NCBI GenBank assembly: GCA_951406725.2
Contig: OX597823.1
Span: 5,518,001-5,582,000, forward strand
Length of the DNA stretch: 64,000 bases
Direction: 5' to 3'
Source of the DNA: Octopus vulgaris
Lineage: Eukaryota
In this document: positions 38,701-51,654 of the stretch, in pieces
How the letters are laid out: the number at the start of each line of letters is the position of its first letter
How positions within the stretch are numbered: the first letter of the stretch is position 1
Position numbers and translations under genes: made by a program
The notes under the pieces: model-generated
Databases searched by the model: none
The model's input: the letters and a program-made list of their open reading frames with translations, nothing else
What the model was told of the DNA's origin: nothing

Positions 38701-40420
38701 TTCCTGAAGCTAGTGTTGCAGATTAGAAGGTTACATACATCACAGAATTCCAGTAGCCTAGTTCCCTCATCGTTTCGAGTGCCAATACCATGGCCACCGT
38801 GTACCCCAGTGAAGATACCTGCTTCCTGCCCGACATGCCCATTAAAGTCTCCAGCCACAAAGATGAGGTCATTGATACTCGTCTTTGAGGTAGCCTGTAG
38901 AAGAGTGTCATAAAAGTGATCCTTCAGCTCATTTCGTAGCCCTGCATGTGGGGCATAGGCAGAGATGATAGTAGCTGTGCTATTCTGCATTAGTAGCCTA
39001 AGCTTAACCCTTTCGTTACCAAACCACCCGAAAAAAATTTTGGTTAATGTGACCAAACCACCCAAAACCACCCGAATTTACCTATTCATATTTAAATGAG
39101 AATATCAGAGCAAATCTCTTTAGTACATTCGTGAAAATACGTATTATACTTCGTAAAGAGTTCAACTACAGTTTTGTACAAAAATCGAAGTGTAATTTTA
39201 ATTCCGTGAATTTTGGGAGATTTTTTTCCGAAATTTGTTCCTATTGTGTTTTCAAAATTTGTAATTCTGACAAAAAATGGATACGAATTTCATTATATGA
39301 AGCAGCGAGTCAGAATTCGAAGGATTTTCTACTGAAGACCTTCATAAATCTAACTCTATGACTGAAAAAAAAAGCATGTGGTATTTGATAATGAATCTGA
39401 TGTTTCATTTTCCGAAAGTGAAAACAGTGAATCCGAGAGCTCCGACAGCGATAAGGAAAATGAATTGGCACCTGAATGGAGTGAAAATTTAAAAACTGTT
39501 TCTTTCGGTGATTTTTCTGAAGAAACTGGACCAAGCCACAGACTTTCCCAGAAGAGTAAAGCCTTAGACTATTTCTTTTTACTTTTTCGAATGAGCCTAT
39601 TACGGCAGAAACGAACCGTTACGCTAAATGTAAACAAAACGAAAGAAAGGATAGTTAGTGGTTTCCCATAACCTTAAATGAAATTAAGACTATTTTGCCA
39701 TAAATATTATTATGGGTATCAGAAAGTTACCCAGAATAACAAATTCTATCGTAAAAGTTTGTTGTATACCCAACTGAATATTAGCTAATAACCCATTTTC
39801 TATAGCAATGTTTGAAAAAAATTATAATAATTTTATATTTTGTTGAATTTACCTGTATCTACCTGCAATTAGAGTCACTTTGTGACAAAAATTATAGTAT
39901 AGAATTGGTTGAGAACATTTCATTAAATTATCTTCCAAAATTCACGTTAATATATTGATAAATAAAAAAGTTATAGTTGTTTAATGAAACCAGACTAAAT
40001 TTATGATTATGTTAGAAATTAATTGAAACACATAAGGGGTGTATTTTGGTCAGAAATATAGTAACGAAAGGGTTAAGTACTCTATCGCATACCCTAACAA
40101 CCTCTATAACCTTATCCACCCATTTCTCTGAGAGGAGAATGCCTACACCCCCTATACCATCCATGTTACCTTACCAGAAGAATTTGTACCTATGTGCCTT
40201 GCCTGTGAGGACCGTAGCTGAAGCTTCTCTCCATCTTATCTCTTGTACGCAGCATACATCAACCCATCTCCTTTCAAGCATTTCCACAATCTCACTAGAC
40301 CTACCGTTCATTGTGCCAACTCTGAAAACTGGGAAGGGAATGTAGGGTGAGGTTTGGAGTGGAGGGATGCTATTCAGCGTCTGAAAAGAAGAGGGTTGTT
40401 GTGGTGATGTTCGTTTGTTT
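35703..40420 (-). mobile_element. Second RTE subfamily LINE, near full length, interrupted by a piggyBac derivative
   Basis: VGTMNGRS, CVQEIRW, AGDFNGHVG, FVDLEKAFD, GVHQGSALSP, LLYADD, PHD-like finger; (CAT)n tail at 35703. Confidence 0.94.
39008..40072 (+). mobile_element. Non-autonomous piggyBac derivative
   Basis: TTAA at 39004-39007 and 40073-40076; 12-bp TIR CCCTTTCGTTAC / GTAACGAAAGGG; transposase N-terminal remnant (acidic tract, ALDYFFLLF, ETNRYA, IIMGIRKLP). Confidence 0.93.
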
Positions 40421-40979
40421 GGCATGCTTCATCCTTTCTCTTTTCTACCCCTCTCCCAACCTGACAACATTCAAGCATGTTAATGATGTTGCCCCTACCG
40501 GTGGTAGGAACTGGTGTTAGTAGCATTGTAAGCATAAGCATTATGGTCATGAGCGATGCAGATACATGCAGGGTAGCAAATTGGCAAATATGGATACTCC
40601 AATGTTAGGTTACGAGGGTGTCGGCAGAAATGGTTGCATTGCCTGAGTAGAGGGGGATTGCAAGGATAAAGGAGGGTACCACCAGCGAGGAGAGTTCAGA
40701 CGGAGGAAACAGACTCATTCCTATATATACACAAGCACACCCACATTCAGAAATAGGTACATATGGGCAGCCTAATAGCTTTCTGCTTCACTTCACTTCA
40801 TAAGGCCAGGGGAGGGAGATAAAGAAAGGGAGAGGGATAGAGAGAGAATAAGAGAGAGTACAGGAATATAGGGAGCAGCACCAGTGAAGGAGGAGGAATT
40901 AGGAAAAGAGATAACTTAGTGAGTGGTAACAAATTTCTGGACAGAAGAGAACATAAGAGAACCAATGAAGCATGTGTGA

Positions 40980-42800
40980 ATACAAAATCGTGGCAAACGC
41001 CAGTAGCAATCCAAAAACCTTCTTTGCCCATGTCCAACAGAATTCCCGCTTGTACAACCAAATTGCAACGTTGGTAGACACAACAGGCATATCGATTGAG
41101 GACTCTTATCAACAGAGTCAATTATTTGCCAAGGCTTTTTCAACTATTTTCAAACAAGATGATGGTCATGAACCCCCTCCATTTGATAGATCGGTACCTC
41201 CAATGCTTCGATTGGTCATCACGCGGGACGAAGTCAAACGTGTTATTCAAGGCCTCGATGTCAACAAGGGTCACGGCCCTGACGGCATACACCCACGGGT
41301 TATCAAAGCGTTGGCTCCAGTCATCTGCGAGCCCTTAACACGTCTATTCAATATGTCATTGGCGACAGGTGTTATACCTGCGGACTGGAGAACAGCAATA
41401 ATCTGCCCAATTTTCAAGAAAGGGAGCCGCGAAGACCCGCTTAACTACCAACCGGTTTCCCTTACATCAATAATCAGCAAGATGTTCGAAACCATCCTTA
41501 AGAAAAGTATGATGCTCCACCTCCAAAACACAGCCTATATCTCTGATTTCGAACATGGCTTCATGCCGAAGAGATCATGCTTGACCAACTTACTGGTAAT
41601 GGAAGAATTGGTGACGCGCATCCTCGATGATAGTGATGCTGTTGACATCGTTTTATTGGACTTTGCCAAAGCTTTTGACTCGGTAAACCACCGCCTATTA
41701 CTTGTCAAGCTTCAAGCATATAGTTTCCATCCGGATATTGTACGATGGGTTGGTGCCTTCCTCTCAGATCGCTCCTTCCAAGTCCAAGTTAATGGTTCGC
41801 GGTCCGACGTCTCCAGTGCGAGCAGTGGCGTGCCTCAAGGTTCAGTGCTTGGGCCCTTATTGTTCTTAGTCTTCATAAATGACTTGCCCGACGACCTCAC
41901 GCAACACACCCTTCTATTTGCCGACGATGTCAAACTGGTCGCTCCTCACGGTGATATAGAGGATCTTCGTCGATGCCTCCACCAAATTTGGAGGTGGTCT
42001 AACGAATGGGACCTGTGTCTGAACGTGTCAAAGTGCTGTCATCTGCCTGTTGGCTCTCCTCCTGCAACTCAACTTGATTTCGAGCCGGGTTGTCTGCTGC
42101 TGGAGAGGACCGATCAGGTAAAGGACCTGGGTATCTTGGTGGATTCCTCCTTTTCGCCTTCGGCCCAGTGCGTCCATGCTGCCAACAAAGCACGCGGAAT
42201 TCTGTTCTTGATTCGACGGTCATTCGGAATGCTCACAGCAGCCATATTCCTACCACTCTATGTCACGCTGGTGAGACCCATATTGAGTACGGGATTCAAG
42301 CCTCTTCTCCTTATTCCTCAAAGACATACAGCATCTCGAAAGAGTCCAGAAGCTGGCTACCCGCATGATTCATGGTCTCAAAAATTTGTCTTATGAAGAA
42401 AGGCTGAGGACGCTCGACCTTTATTCTCTAGAAAAACGCCGCCGCCGTGGTGATCTCATTCTCGCTCACAACATCATAAGCGGAAAGTGTAACCTCTCGA
42501 AAGAGCTGTTCTTCACTCCTGCTCCAGAGCGTCGGCTGCGGGGTCATTCCGAAAAGCTCTACCTGCAACGATTTCATCTCAATCGAAGGAGAAGAGCTTT
42601 CTCCGTCCGGGTTGCGGATCCGTGGAACAAGCTGCCAGACGAGATGGTGAAGATGCCGATGACCGCTTTGTTCAAAGTCTCCTTTGACCTCAAGTGGCCT
42701 GAACTCTTTACATGAACACCACCCTGTACTTAACTCCATGTCCCCCTACATGGCCTTGCTATTTGCTTTTGAGCCAAAAATTAACTAACTAACTAACTAA
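40980..42800 (+). mobile_element. Young 5'-truncated CR1 LINE (RT domain)
   Basis: Long ORF with GPDGIHP, PIFKKG, LDFAKAFD, GVPQGSVLGP, FADD; a frameshift near 42285; (TAAC)n tail; TSD CATGTGTGA at 40971-40979 and 42801-42809. Confidence 0.95.
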
Positions 42801-43244
42801 CATGTGTGAGAATAGACAACTGTTATAGTGGTGGGAGAAGGGATATCTGGTGGAGATGGTGGGACAAACACAATAGAGATAGCCAGTACTGGTGGTGGGG
42901 GTGGGCAAGCGCGGGCAAGTAAGTTGCTTGGGGATGATATTGTAATAGAAATGGAATTAAGCAGTGGGAGAATGAGTAATTTACTTAAAGAAATTCTAAG
43001 AGATGGAATTAAAATTATCTGTTGAGGGGTCATTGCCAATGCTTAGCTCATGGAAGAAAACAACAACAAGCTGATTAGTAAATAAACATTTAATGTATTA
43101 ATGGCGAAATGAAACCAGGAATGGGAAAATGAGGTAGAAAGAAAGAAATAAGATCTTAGCTCAGTATCTCAGACATCATTTGCCAAATGCAAGCTTTCTT
43201 TCCAGGTACATGACACTGCTGTCCCTCATCCCAGGGTCACACAG

Positions 43245-44985
43245 GCCCACATTGAAAGGTAGGTCTGGTGAGATTGTTGAGATACTTGAACGGAGATGTG
43301 TAGATTTGTGCTGCATCCAAGAAGTAAGGTGGAGAGGAGGTTCCGCTAGGTTCCTCACAGACAAAGAACACAGGTACAAGATTTTCTGGGCAGGGAACCC
43401 TGACGGGGTCGGGGGCGTGGGTATACTTCTTGCGGAGAAATGGGTTGATAAGGTAATCGAGGTAGTCAGAGTATGTGACAGAGTACTTAAGATTAGATTA
43501 GTGCTTCACCATAGGTCAGCTACCATTATCTCGGCCTATGCCCCTCAACCGGGGCTATCGGAAGGGCAGAGAGACAGATTCTATGATACCCTATTGCAGA
43601 CTACCTCATTGACAAATGACATGGACCTTCTCTTTGTTGCTGGTGACTTCAATGGACATGTTGGTCGGCATGTCGGGGGCTTCCATGGCATACATGGAGG
43701 CTACGGTTTTGGTTCTCACAATGAGTAGGGAACCAGGCTGCTGGAGTTCTGTGATGCAAATGATCTTATGGTCTGCAATACCAACTTCAGGAAACCCACC
43801 TCTCACCTAGTTACCTACCATTCTGGCAGACACACTAGCCAAATTGACTACATCCTCGCCAGAAAAAGGGAAAGAGGGCTGCTTATAAATGCCAAAATCT
43901 TCCCAGGTGAAGAATGTACCCCACAACATAGACTGGTAGTTGGTTACTTTAGGATCAGGACTAAGAGGATGACCAACATGGAGAAGAAGGGTCTGGAAGC
44001 TTAAAGATCCTGCAAATGGACAGAGATTTAGGGACATATTACTTGAAGCCTTTGACGAAGTAGAAGGGGATATAGCTTCACATTGGGTAGAAGACAACTG
44101 GAGGTTTCTAAGGGACAACCTGCTGAGAGCCACTGACCAGATCTGTGGATAGTGCAAAGTCCCATCTCAACCCAAGGTAACGTGGTGGTGGAACAATGTG
44201 GTTGACAGGGCTATTAGAGAAAAGAAACAGGCTTGGAGGGACTGGAAGAATGGAGGTAGCAGGGATAGACTGCCAGAAGGGAAGCTAGGAGACAGGTTTA
44301 TTTAGCCAGAGGGGAAGCAGATAAGAAATAATTTGCCAATGTTCTGTGCCATGAGGACCAAAGACTTGAAGTATTTAGTGTTGCAAGACAGTGAGTGAGA
44401 GAGAATCGTGAAGTGGTAGGAGAGAAATGTGTCCGTATGGATGATGGTTCACTTACACTAAACGAGGCTGCAAAGGGAGAGGTTTGGAGACACCACTATG
44501 AAAGGTTGCTCAATAAAGAGAATGAATGGGAGAGAGTTTGCCAAATGTTGATCCTACAGAGAGACCAGCTATCCGAATATGACAGTACCTTGATAGTTAA
44601 AGCAATCAAGAGTATGAAGGCAGGGAAAGCCTCCAGCCCATCAGGAATCACTGCAGAGATGCTCAAAATATCTTGCAGTGTCGGCTATAGCATAGTCACC
44701 CGTATAGTTAACCAGGTGATACACGAAGGAGTCATACCCAATGACTGGTGAGACAGCACCATAGTCAACTGCTACAAAGGTAGAGGTGACGCCTTAGATA
44801 CAAATAATTACAGAGGTATCAAGTTGTTGGATCAAATAATGAAGTTCACGGAGAGGGTCATAGCCCAACTAATTAGAGAAAGAGTTAGTTTAGAAGAGAT
44901 GCAGTTTGGGTTCGTGCCAGGGAAAAGTATCACTGATGCTATATTTTTGGTAAGGCAGCTGCAAGAGAAATGCATAGCCAACGAT
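43245..44985 (+). mobile_element. RTE LINE fragment (APE to mid-RT), cut off at the A/T-tract block
   Basis: TLKGRSGEIVE, CIQEVRW, AGDFNGHVG, QIDYIL, QFGFVPG; stops and frameshifts. Confidence 0.92.
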
Positions 44986-45956
44986 AAAATTTTTCGAAAA
45001 TGTTCACAGGAAAATTTTACCCAAAAATTTTTCGAAAATTTTACAGGAAAATTTTACCCAAATGTTCACAGGAAATTTCAATGAAAATTTTCGAAAAATT
45101 TTCGGCACAAATTTTCGAAAAATTTTTGGTGAAAATTTTCGAATATTTTTTGGGTATAATTTTCGAAAAATTTTTGGGTAAAATTTTCGGCAAAAATTTT
45201 CGAAAAATTGTTGGTGAAAATTTTTGGCTAAATTTTCGAATACTTTTTGGGTATAATTTTCGAAAGATTTTTGGGGGAAATTTTCGGTGAAAATTTTTGG
45301 GTAAAATTTTCGAAAAATTGTTGGTGTTAATTTTTGGGTAAAATTTTCGGTGAAAATTTTTGAAAATTTTTGTGTAAAATTTTCGAAAAATTGTTGAAAA
45401 TTTTTGGGTAAAATTTTCGAAAAATTGGTGAAAATTTTTGTATAAAATTTTCGAAAAATTGGTGAAAATTTTTGTATAAAATTTTCGAAAAATTGGTGAA
45501 AATTTTTGCGTAAAATTTTCGGTGAAAATTTTCGAAAAATTTTTGGGTAAAATTTTCGAATATTTTTTGGGTAAGGTTTTCGAAAAATTTTCGGGGGAAA
45601 GTTTCGGTGAAAATTTTCGAAAAATTTTTGGGTAAAATTTTCGAAAAATTGGTGAAAATTTTTGCGTAAAATTTTCGGTGAAAATTTTCGAAAAATTTTT
45701 GGGTAAAATTTTTGGTGAACATTTTCGAAAACTTTTTGGGTAAAATTTTCGGCACAAATTTTCGAAAAATTGTTGGTGAGAATTTTTGGGTAAAATTTTC
45801 GAATATTTTTTGGGTATAATTTTCAAAAAATTTGGGGGGGAAATTTTCGGTAAAAATTTTCGGTGAAAATTTTCGAAAAATTGTTGGTGAAAAATTTTCG
45901 AAAAATTGTTGGTGAAAACTTTTGGGTAAAATTTTCGGTGAAAATTTTTGCGTAAA
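44985..45956. repeat. Periodic A4-5/T4-5 low-complexity satellite
   Basis: AAAATTTT blocks every ~10-13 bp, separated by CG, GGGT or GGTG linkers. Confidence 0.9.
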
Positions 45957-46655
45957 TGATCATCCTAATTAAGAAATTTGATGAAAGGGAGAAGGAATTA
46001 CAGACTTGTGACAAAGAGGGCAATTGGTAATTCTTGCGGGACAGCTTATTGAGTTCCAGAGACCAAATCTGCAGCTGGGGCAAAATCCCATCTAGACTTT
46101 GGGTGACGCGGTGGTGGAACAATGTTGCTGACAGGGCTATCAGAGCAAAGAATCAGGCCTGGAAGAGTTGGTGGGGATAGCAGAGAACTGTATGAAATAA
46201 CCAGAAGCTAGGAGACAGGTATATCTTGCCAGAAGAGAAGCAGAGAAGAAGTTTGCCTATGTTTAGCGACATGAGGATTAAAGACTTGAGATGTTTCGGA
46301 TTGCAAGACAGTGTGTGAGAGAAAATTGTGGATGTCATAGGAGAGCGATGTGTTTGCATGGATGATGCTTCACTTGCATTTAGTGATTGTGCAAAGGAAA
46401 AAGGCTTGAAAATGCCATTATGGAAGACTGCTGATGTGGAGAATGAATGGGAAGAGGAAAGTCTACCAAATGTTGACCCAACTGAGGGATCAGCAATCCG
46501 AATCGACAGTACCTTGGTAGATAAAGCAATTAAGCATATGAAGACAGGGAAAGCCATCAGGAATCGACGCTGAGAGGCTTAAAATATCTGGCAGTGTGGG
46601 TTATGGTTTAGTCGCCCAAATTGAAAATCCGGTGATTCACAAAGGAGTCATACCA
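45957..46655 (+). mobile_element. Fragment of the second RTE subfamily
   Basis: ILIKKFDERE, ENEWEEESLPNVDPTEG; similar to 37750-38440. Confidence 0.85.
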
Positions 46656-46983
46656 GAACAATGAATTGGAGGAAATAGTTCTAGACATTTTGTTTAATGC
46701 CTTAACAATTCTACCAGCGTATCACCTTAAAATTGTTCTTAAAATAGGCACAAAGCCTGGATCTTGGGGAGAAAGGGTTAATAGGTACCATCATTCACAG
46801 AGGGATGAAGGGCTTTTTGTATACAGTGCTCTGATACACTATAACATGGAGAGGGATGGAGTTCACTGGCTTGGTTTATCTCAGATGCATAACACAGCTA
46901 TTAAGTCTTTGGTAGTGGTCCCACAAACCAATAATTTAAGGGCTTACAAAATGCAATGAAGATATATATTTTTTTCAATTTAG

Positions 46984-47111
46984 ATCCCTGATACCATCTT
47001 GCTACCATTAACCAAAAATGCTGATCATGATGAAAATGGAGAGGAAGAAGATGAGGATGAAGAGCATATAGAATATGACCGGCAGTTAATTCACAAGCCT
47101 GAAACTAAGAA
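46984..47111 (+). CDS. OxlT-like MFS transporter exon (acidic central loop)
   Basis: atttAG|ATC ... AA|GTaagt; IPDTILLPLTKNADHDENGEEEDEDEEHIEYDRQLIHKPETK(K); phase 0 in and phase 2 out bridge the neighbouring exons. Confidence 0.85.
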
Positions 47112-47759
47112 GTAAGTAATGAAGATATATTTTTTATTTATATTTTCTATGTGGTTGAGTATGTTTCTAGAAATACCTTGCACTACTATATATTTTATAT
47201 ATTTCCAATGAGGAATGGTATGCCTTCAGAAACACACTACACTATCATCATCATCTTCATTAATTAATGCTGGCATGGGTTGGGGACTACACCAGGCTCT
47301 ATTTTCTGTTTTGACATGGTTTCTATAGCTGGATGCCCTTCATAAGATCAACCACTTTACAGAGTGTACTGAGTGTTTTTTTATGTGGCAATTAATTTCT
47401 CAAGAACCCTCTCTTTGCTCTCCATCTCTAAAACCTTTATCTGCAGAATTTCAGATTGGAAAATCTGATACATTAAGTATGGCAACTTGATTATGCTAAC
47501 CTAATCCACCCAGTTTAGGTAGAACTAATGTCTATGATCATCGTTATTCTTCCACTGACTAAATGATAAAGAAAGAAAAAACACTTTGCTTCTTCATTGT
47601 TGTTGTCGTCAGCATTATGATTAAATACATTCCAACCATGGCCATATCCTAGGGCTACATTGTTGAAGGTGTCCTTATTTTTTAAAGTGGTAACGTGATT
47701 TGTGGGAGATTTGGAGGCCACATAGAGCCCGTTGTTAGCTTGTTAACTGTTGAACCCAT

Positions 47760-48056
47760 TAGTAATCATTACAACCACCACAACCACCATACTATTATCA
47801 CTACTTCTTGGACTACTTTTACAACAACTATTACTATATTGCCCATTACCACCATCACCATCATTACTATTACAACTATAATCATAGTACTGACACTACC
47901 CTGGCAATCACCACTGCTGTACTATTGCTACCACCACAATCATCACCTCTACTATACCATTTCCATTTTGATACAATAGCCACAAACACCACTACCATTG
48001 ATGCTGCTGCTGTTACTACTACTACTACTACTACTACTACTATCATTACTATTACT
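47760..48056. repeat. Cryptic (ACT/ACC/ATC)n trinucleotide repeat just upstream of a splice acceptor
   Basis: Seen directly. Confidence 0.8.
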
Positions 48057-48067
48057 TCTTTCTCCAG

Positions 48068-48188
48068 GGAATCACTAGAGAGAGAAATAACACCAAAAAT
48101 GGCATTAAAGACACGGCAGTTCTACCTCCTCTGGTTGATATTGCTCTTCTTAAACCAAAGCACAGATTTCTTCTCATCATTATACAAG
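48068..48188 (+). CDS. OxlT-like MFS transporter exon
   Basis: ctccAG|G ... AAG|GTaaca; (K)ESLEREITPKMALKTRQFYLLWLILLFLNQSTDFFSSLYK; the TP..ALKT.QFYLLW motif precedes TM7 in OFA transporters. Confidence 0.93.
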
Positions 48189-49158
48189 GTAACATGATAA
48201 GGCTTTCACATATTTTGTATTCTCATGATGCTCTGATTCCTAGAAATATCCTCATCTATAAATTGTTGTTTAGTTCTAAGATGCTCTGACTGAAGAGATC
48301 CATGATTAAAAGCATTTCATTTATGAGCATCTCCACTGCTTCTTTTTATCATAGTATCTCCAGAGGTGTAGGGATGTAATGGCTGAATGGTTAAGAAGTT
48401 TGCTGGTCTTGTTTAGCTTCGTAGCTGTCAAATCCTATTTTTAACCCCATGTGTCGAGTATGACTTGAAGATTTGACTGTTATTTTTAGCAGCCAAATGA
48501 ACAGATAAACTCTCATTTTTGAAGTTTTTATTTTTATTTGTTACATGCAGTTAGGCTTTATGATGTAAACTGAGGTGAGAACAATGTTCTTTTAACAGAA
48601 ATAAGACATGACTAGTGGGAGGTGGCTGTCATCTCAACCAACCACATATGTGTGTATGCATACTAACAGACACAGGCAAGGCTGTAATTAAAAGATTTAC
48701 TTCCCAACCACACTGTTTCAATTTCAGACCCACAGTTCAGCACATTAGGCAAGTAGGCCCAAGCACCTAAAACCTTACAAGTGAGTTTGGTAAATGGAGA
48801 CAAAGAAGTCCATCATATATTTTATAAATGTGTATGTAAACAATTGTGCTGTATGACAGATGCAAGCTGCAAGCAGTGTTATAATTATTGTCATTTCTCC
48901 TGTCAACAACACATTCACTTGCTTTGCACCTTCAAAAGTACATGGAATAAGAGATTCTTTACCTGAAACGCAGGTAATATTTAAGAACCAGAAGATCATT
49001 GATCCAGCTGTAAGACCTAACTCTGCTAGAGTATGGAAAAACAGACATAAAACAAATAAGCACATTCACTCATTATGCATGATTTGACAAATTAAACAAA
49101 AGCAATAAAGGACTTTCTACTCAATATTTCCTTAACCAATATCTGTTTTAATTTTCAG

Positions 49159-49281
49159 GCCTATGGTCAGACATTTATTCACAATGATTATTTTCTCGCC
49201 ATGATCGGTGCTCTGGGAAGCGTTGGTAATGCTATCTCCAGACTAATGTGGGGATTTATTGGTGATAAAATATCTTTCAAG
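49159..49281 (+). CDS. OxlT-like MFS transporter exon (TM8)
   Basis: tttcAG|GCC ... AAG|GTaatt; AYGQTFIHNDYFLAMIGALGSVGNAISRLMWGFIGDKISFK. Confidence 0.94.
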
Positions 49282-49429
49282 GTAATTACTTTCATTAACA
49301 ATGATAAAATCTGTCTCCTCTTTGTCTTTTTGTGCTCTTTTTTTTTTTTTATCTCTGTTGCTATTTCTCCAGTCTCAACTACTACTTCCAGGATCTCAAG
49401 TTTCATCAAAGTGGCAGATCTTATTAAGA

Positions 49430-49620
49430 ACTGCATATTGTCAGCCTTTCCAGTCCTTTGTCATTTCCTCCATGATGTTCAATGTCTCGAGATCAGCCTT
49501 CATTACTTCATCCCATGTTTTCCTGAGTCTCCCTTTTCTGCAAGCTCCATCCACATTAAGTGGACAACACTTTAAACAGTTCTCCTCATCCATGTGCATC
49601 ACATGTCCATACCAATTGTA
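49430..49620 (-). mobile_element. Old RTE C-terminal fragment
   Basis: WYGHVMHMDE...GRLRKTWDEVMK. Confidence 0.8.
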
Positions 49621-50140
49621 AGAGGTTTTCAAAGCAGTGTTTTGTTCACTGATAGCATGATGGCTAGTTATGCAGTTGTATGCACACACACCCCACACAT
49701 TTTATGAATAGCATACAAAGGTAAAACTGTGTGCAACACAAAGTTTGCAAGACAAAATTGTTTGTTTTGTTTTTTCATTTTAATTGAAGACAGTTATTTG
49801 CAGGGATGTGCTCATACTTCAAAGAAAGGACAAAATTTTCATACACCTATTAGAAAAAAATTAGAAGAAATAATGATGGCACTGTATTAAGGTGATATGT
49901 ATTCCAAATTATGAGCAGTGCCATCTACATAGGAAACTCGGTAGTGAGTTGATTCATGAATAAAGATAAGAGAAAGATAACCAAGATTCACAAAACACCT
50001 GCATTGATAAAGATGAAGTGAGAAAGAGCTTTGTGTAAACACTGTGGATATGATAGAATGACCTGTTAGCAAGGATCTGATTTTAGGCAATGACTGAGTG
50101 TTAAAAAGCTTGTTAGATCTTCAGCACATATGGTCTAAAG

Positions 50141-50501
50141 CAGGGCTGGCCAACTTGAGGCCCACAGGCTGCATGCAGCCCACTTGATACTTTCTTGAAA
50201 TGGGTTTATTTAAACAAACATTTTAAAACTTTTATCAAAAATTAAAGATTGTAATGAAAAGTAAAAAACAAAGATACTACTGTTTTTGCAATGATAATAT
50301 TTCATGTTGAATCAATGATCATTCATTCATTATTGTAATAATAGCATGAGAAAGCAAAATGCTTTCAATATTAAACATACGAAAAGTATGATAAACTCTA
50401 GATTCTGTAATTTGACTATTAGCACATAAAGTATACAAGCAGCCCTCAAAAAGCTTTGTGATTAAAGTAACTCGCAATGTAATTCGAGTTGGCCAGCCCT
50501 G
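50141..50501. mobile_element. hAT (Charlie-like) MITE, 361 bp
   Basis: Perfect 15-bp TIR CAGGGCTGGCCAACT / AGTTGGCCAGCCCTG; 8-bp TSD GTCTAAAG at 50133-50140 and 50502-50509. Confidence 0.93.
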
Positions 50502-51654
50502 GTCTAAAGCTTTATTGATAACATGGGCAACTGCATTGCTTTTACCAGTGTTCTCAAGAACTAGAGCATTGATGTGTGACATAGGATAAGATCTTCACTG
50601 GAACTGGCTCTACAGATATTCTACCAAAAGGCTGTTCAGAGAGATAAAAATCCAGTGATAATAACAATAGTTAACAACTGATTCCATATTAGACATGGTG
50701 AAAGAAAGAACTACAGACCAATCATTCAGAAGACCAGAGAGCTTTTCTTTCTTTTGTATGGAACCTGATGTTGTGTACTTCCATAGCACAAGGTATAAGC
50801 ATGTAGAGAGAGAGAAAGGTTATTAAACCATTTGTTACCATATTTATGTTGAAATACACTGGTTTTGTTTCAATTAATTTTGAAAATAATGAAAAATTTA
50901 ATGAAATAACTTTAAGCTGGTATTTGAAACGAATTAAGATGAAATTTTGATGGAAGGTTTTAATTTAGATAACTTTGAATTAGGAAGTTTATGTTAACTC
51001 TATTTCTTTTAGTATCTCTCCCTTATTCTGTACCATGTAAAGCTTGACTAGAGAAACCAATCAACTAACATTTATATTGGCTATTAAATAGATTGTGTGT
51101 GTGTGTGTAGACAATATAGATTAAATTGGAAAAGAAAAGGCAATCAGTTTGGCAAGACTTGACAAGGACATTTAATTTAGCTATGTAATAAAAGGTTAGG
51201 TTAAGTCTCTGACAGTTGTTTCTCAAATATCCCAGCTATTGTAACATTGTGTTGAGTGAGGATTTTATAGGTTGACTATTGCTGTCTACGTTAAAGATAT
51301 GTAACAGTGGAAGAAAAGAAAATTCCTCATTAATGATCCTTGTTGTGGTTCATTATGTCTAGAAAGGGAGGAGACATCCAATTATATTCAATTAAAATGG
51401 GTATTCATTGAATAAATCCATGAATAGAGAGGATAATTTGATAGTAGTTTATGGCAATAGCAGTTCCAAAGTTGAACAAATACACACACATCGACCATAT
51501 AAATATTGCAAATATTCACTCTAAAGATAAGGCTGATAGTTGTAAAAATTACAATGTTAATAACTTATAAGTTATTATTGATTATATAAAGATTGCATGT
51601 GTATATGTGTAGACAGGTGTATATATTAATTGTGTATAAACTCTTTTATTTCAG

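Noticed and set aside
40972-42396. RT ORFs as retron, DGR or group II intron systems
   Set aside because: Motifs, APE partners in related copies, simple-repeat tails and TSDs identify them as non-LTR retrotransposons.
45000-46122. KIF/FRK-rich ORFs up to 261 aa on both strands
   Set aside because: They result from a stop-poor A/T-tract repeat; there is no coding signal.
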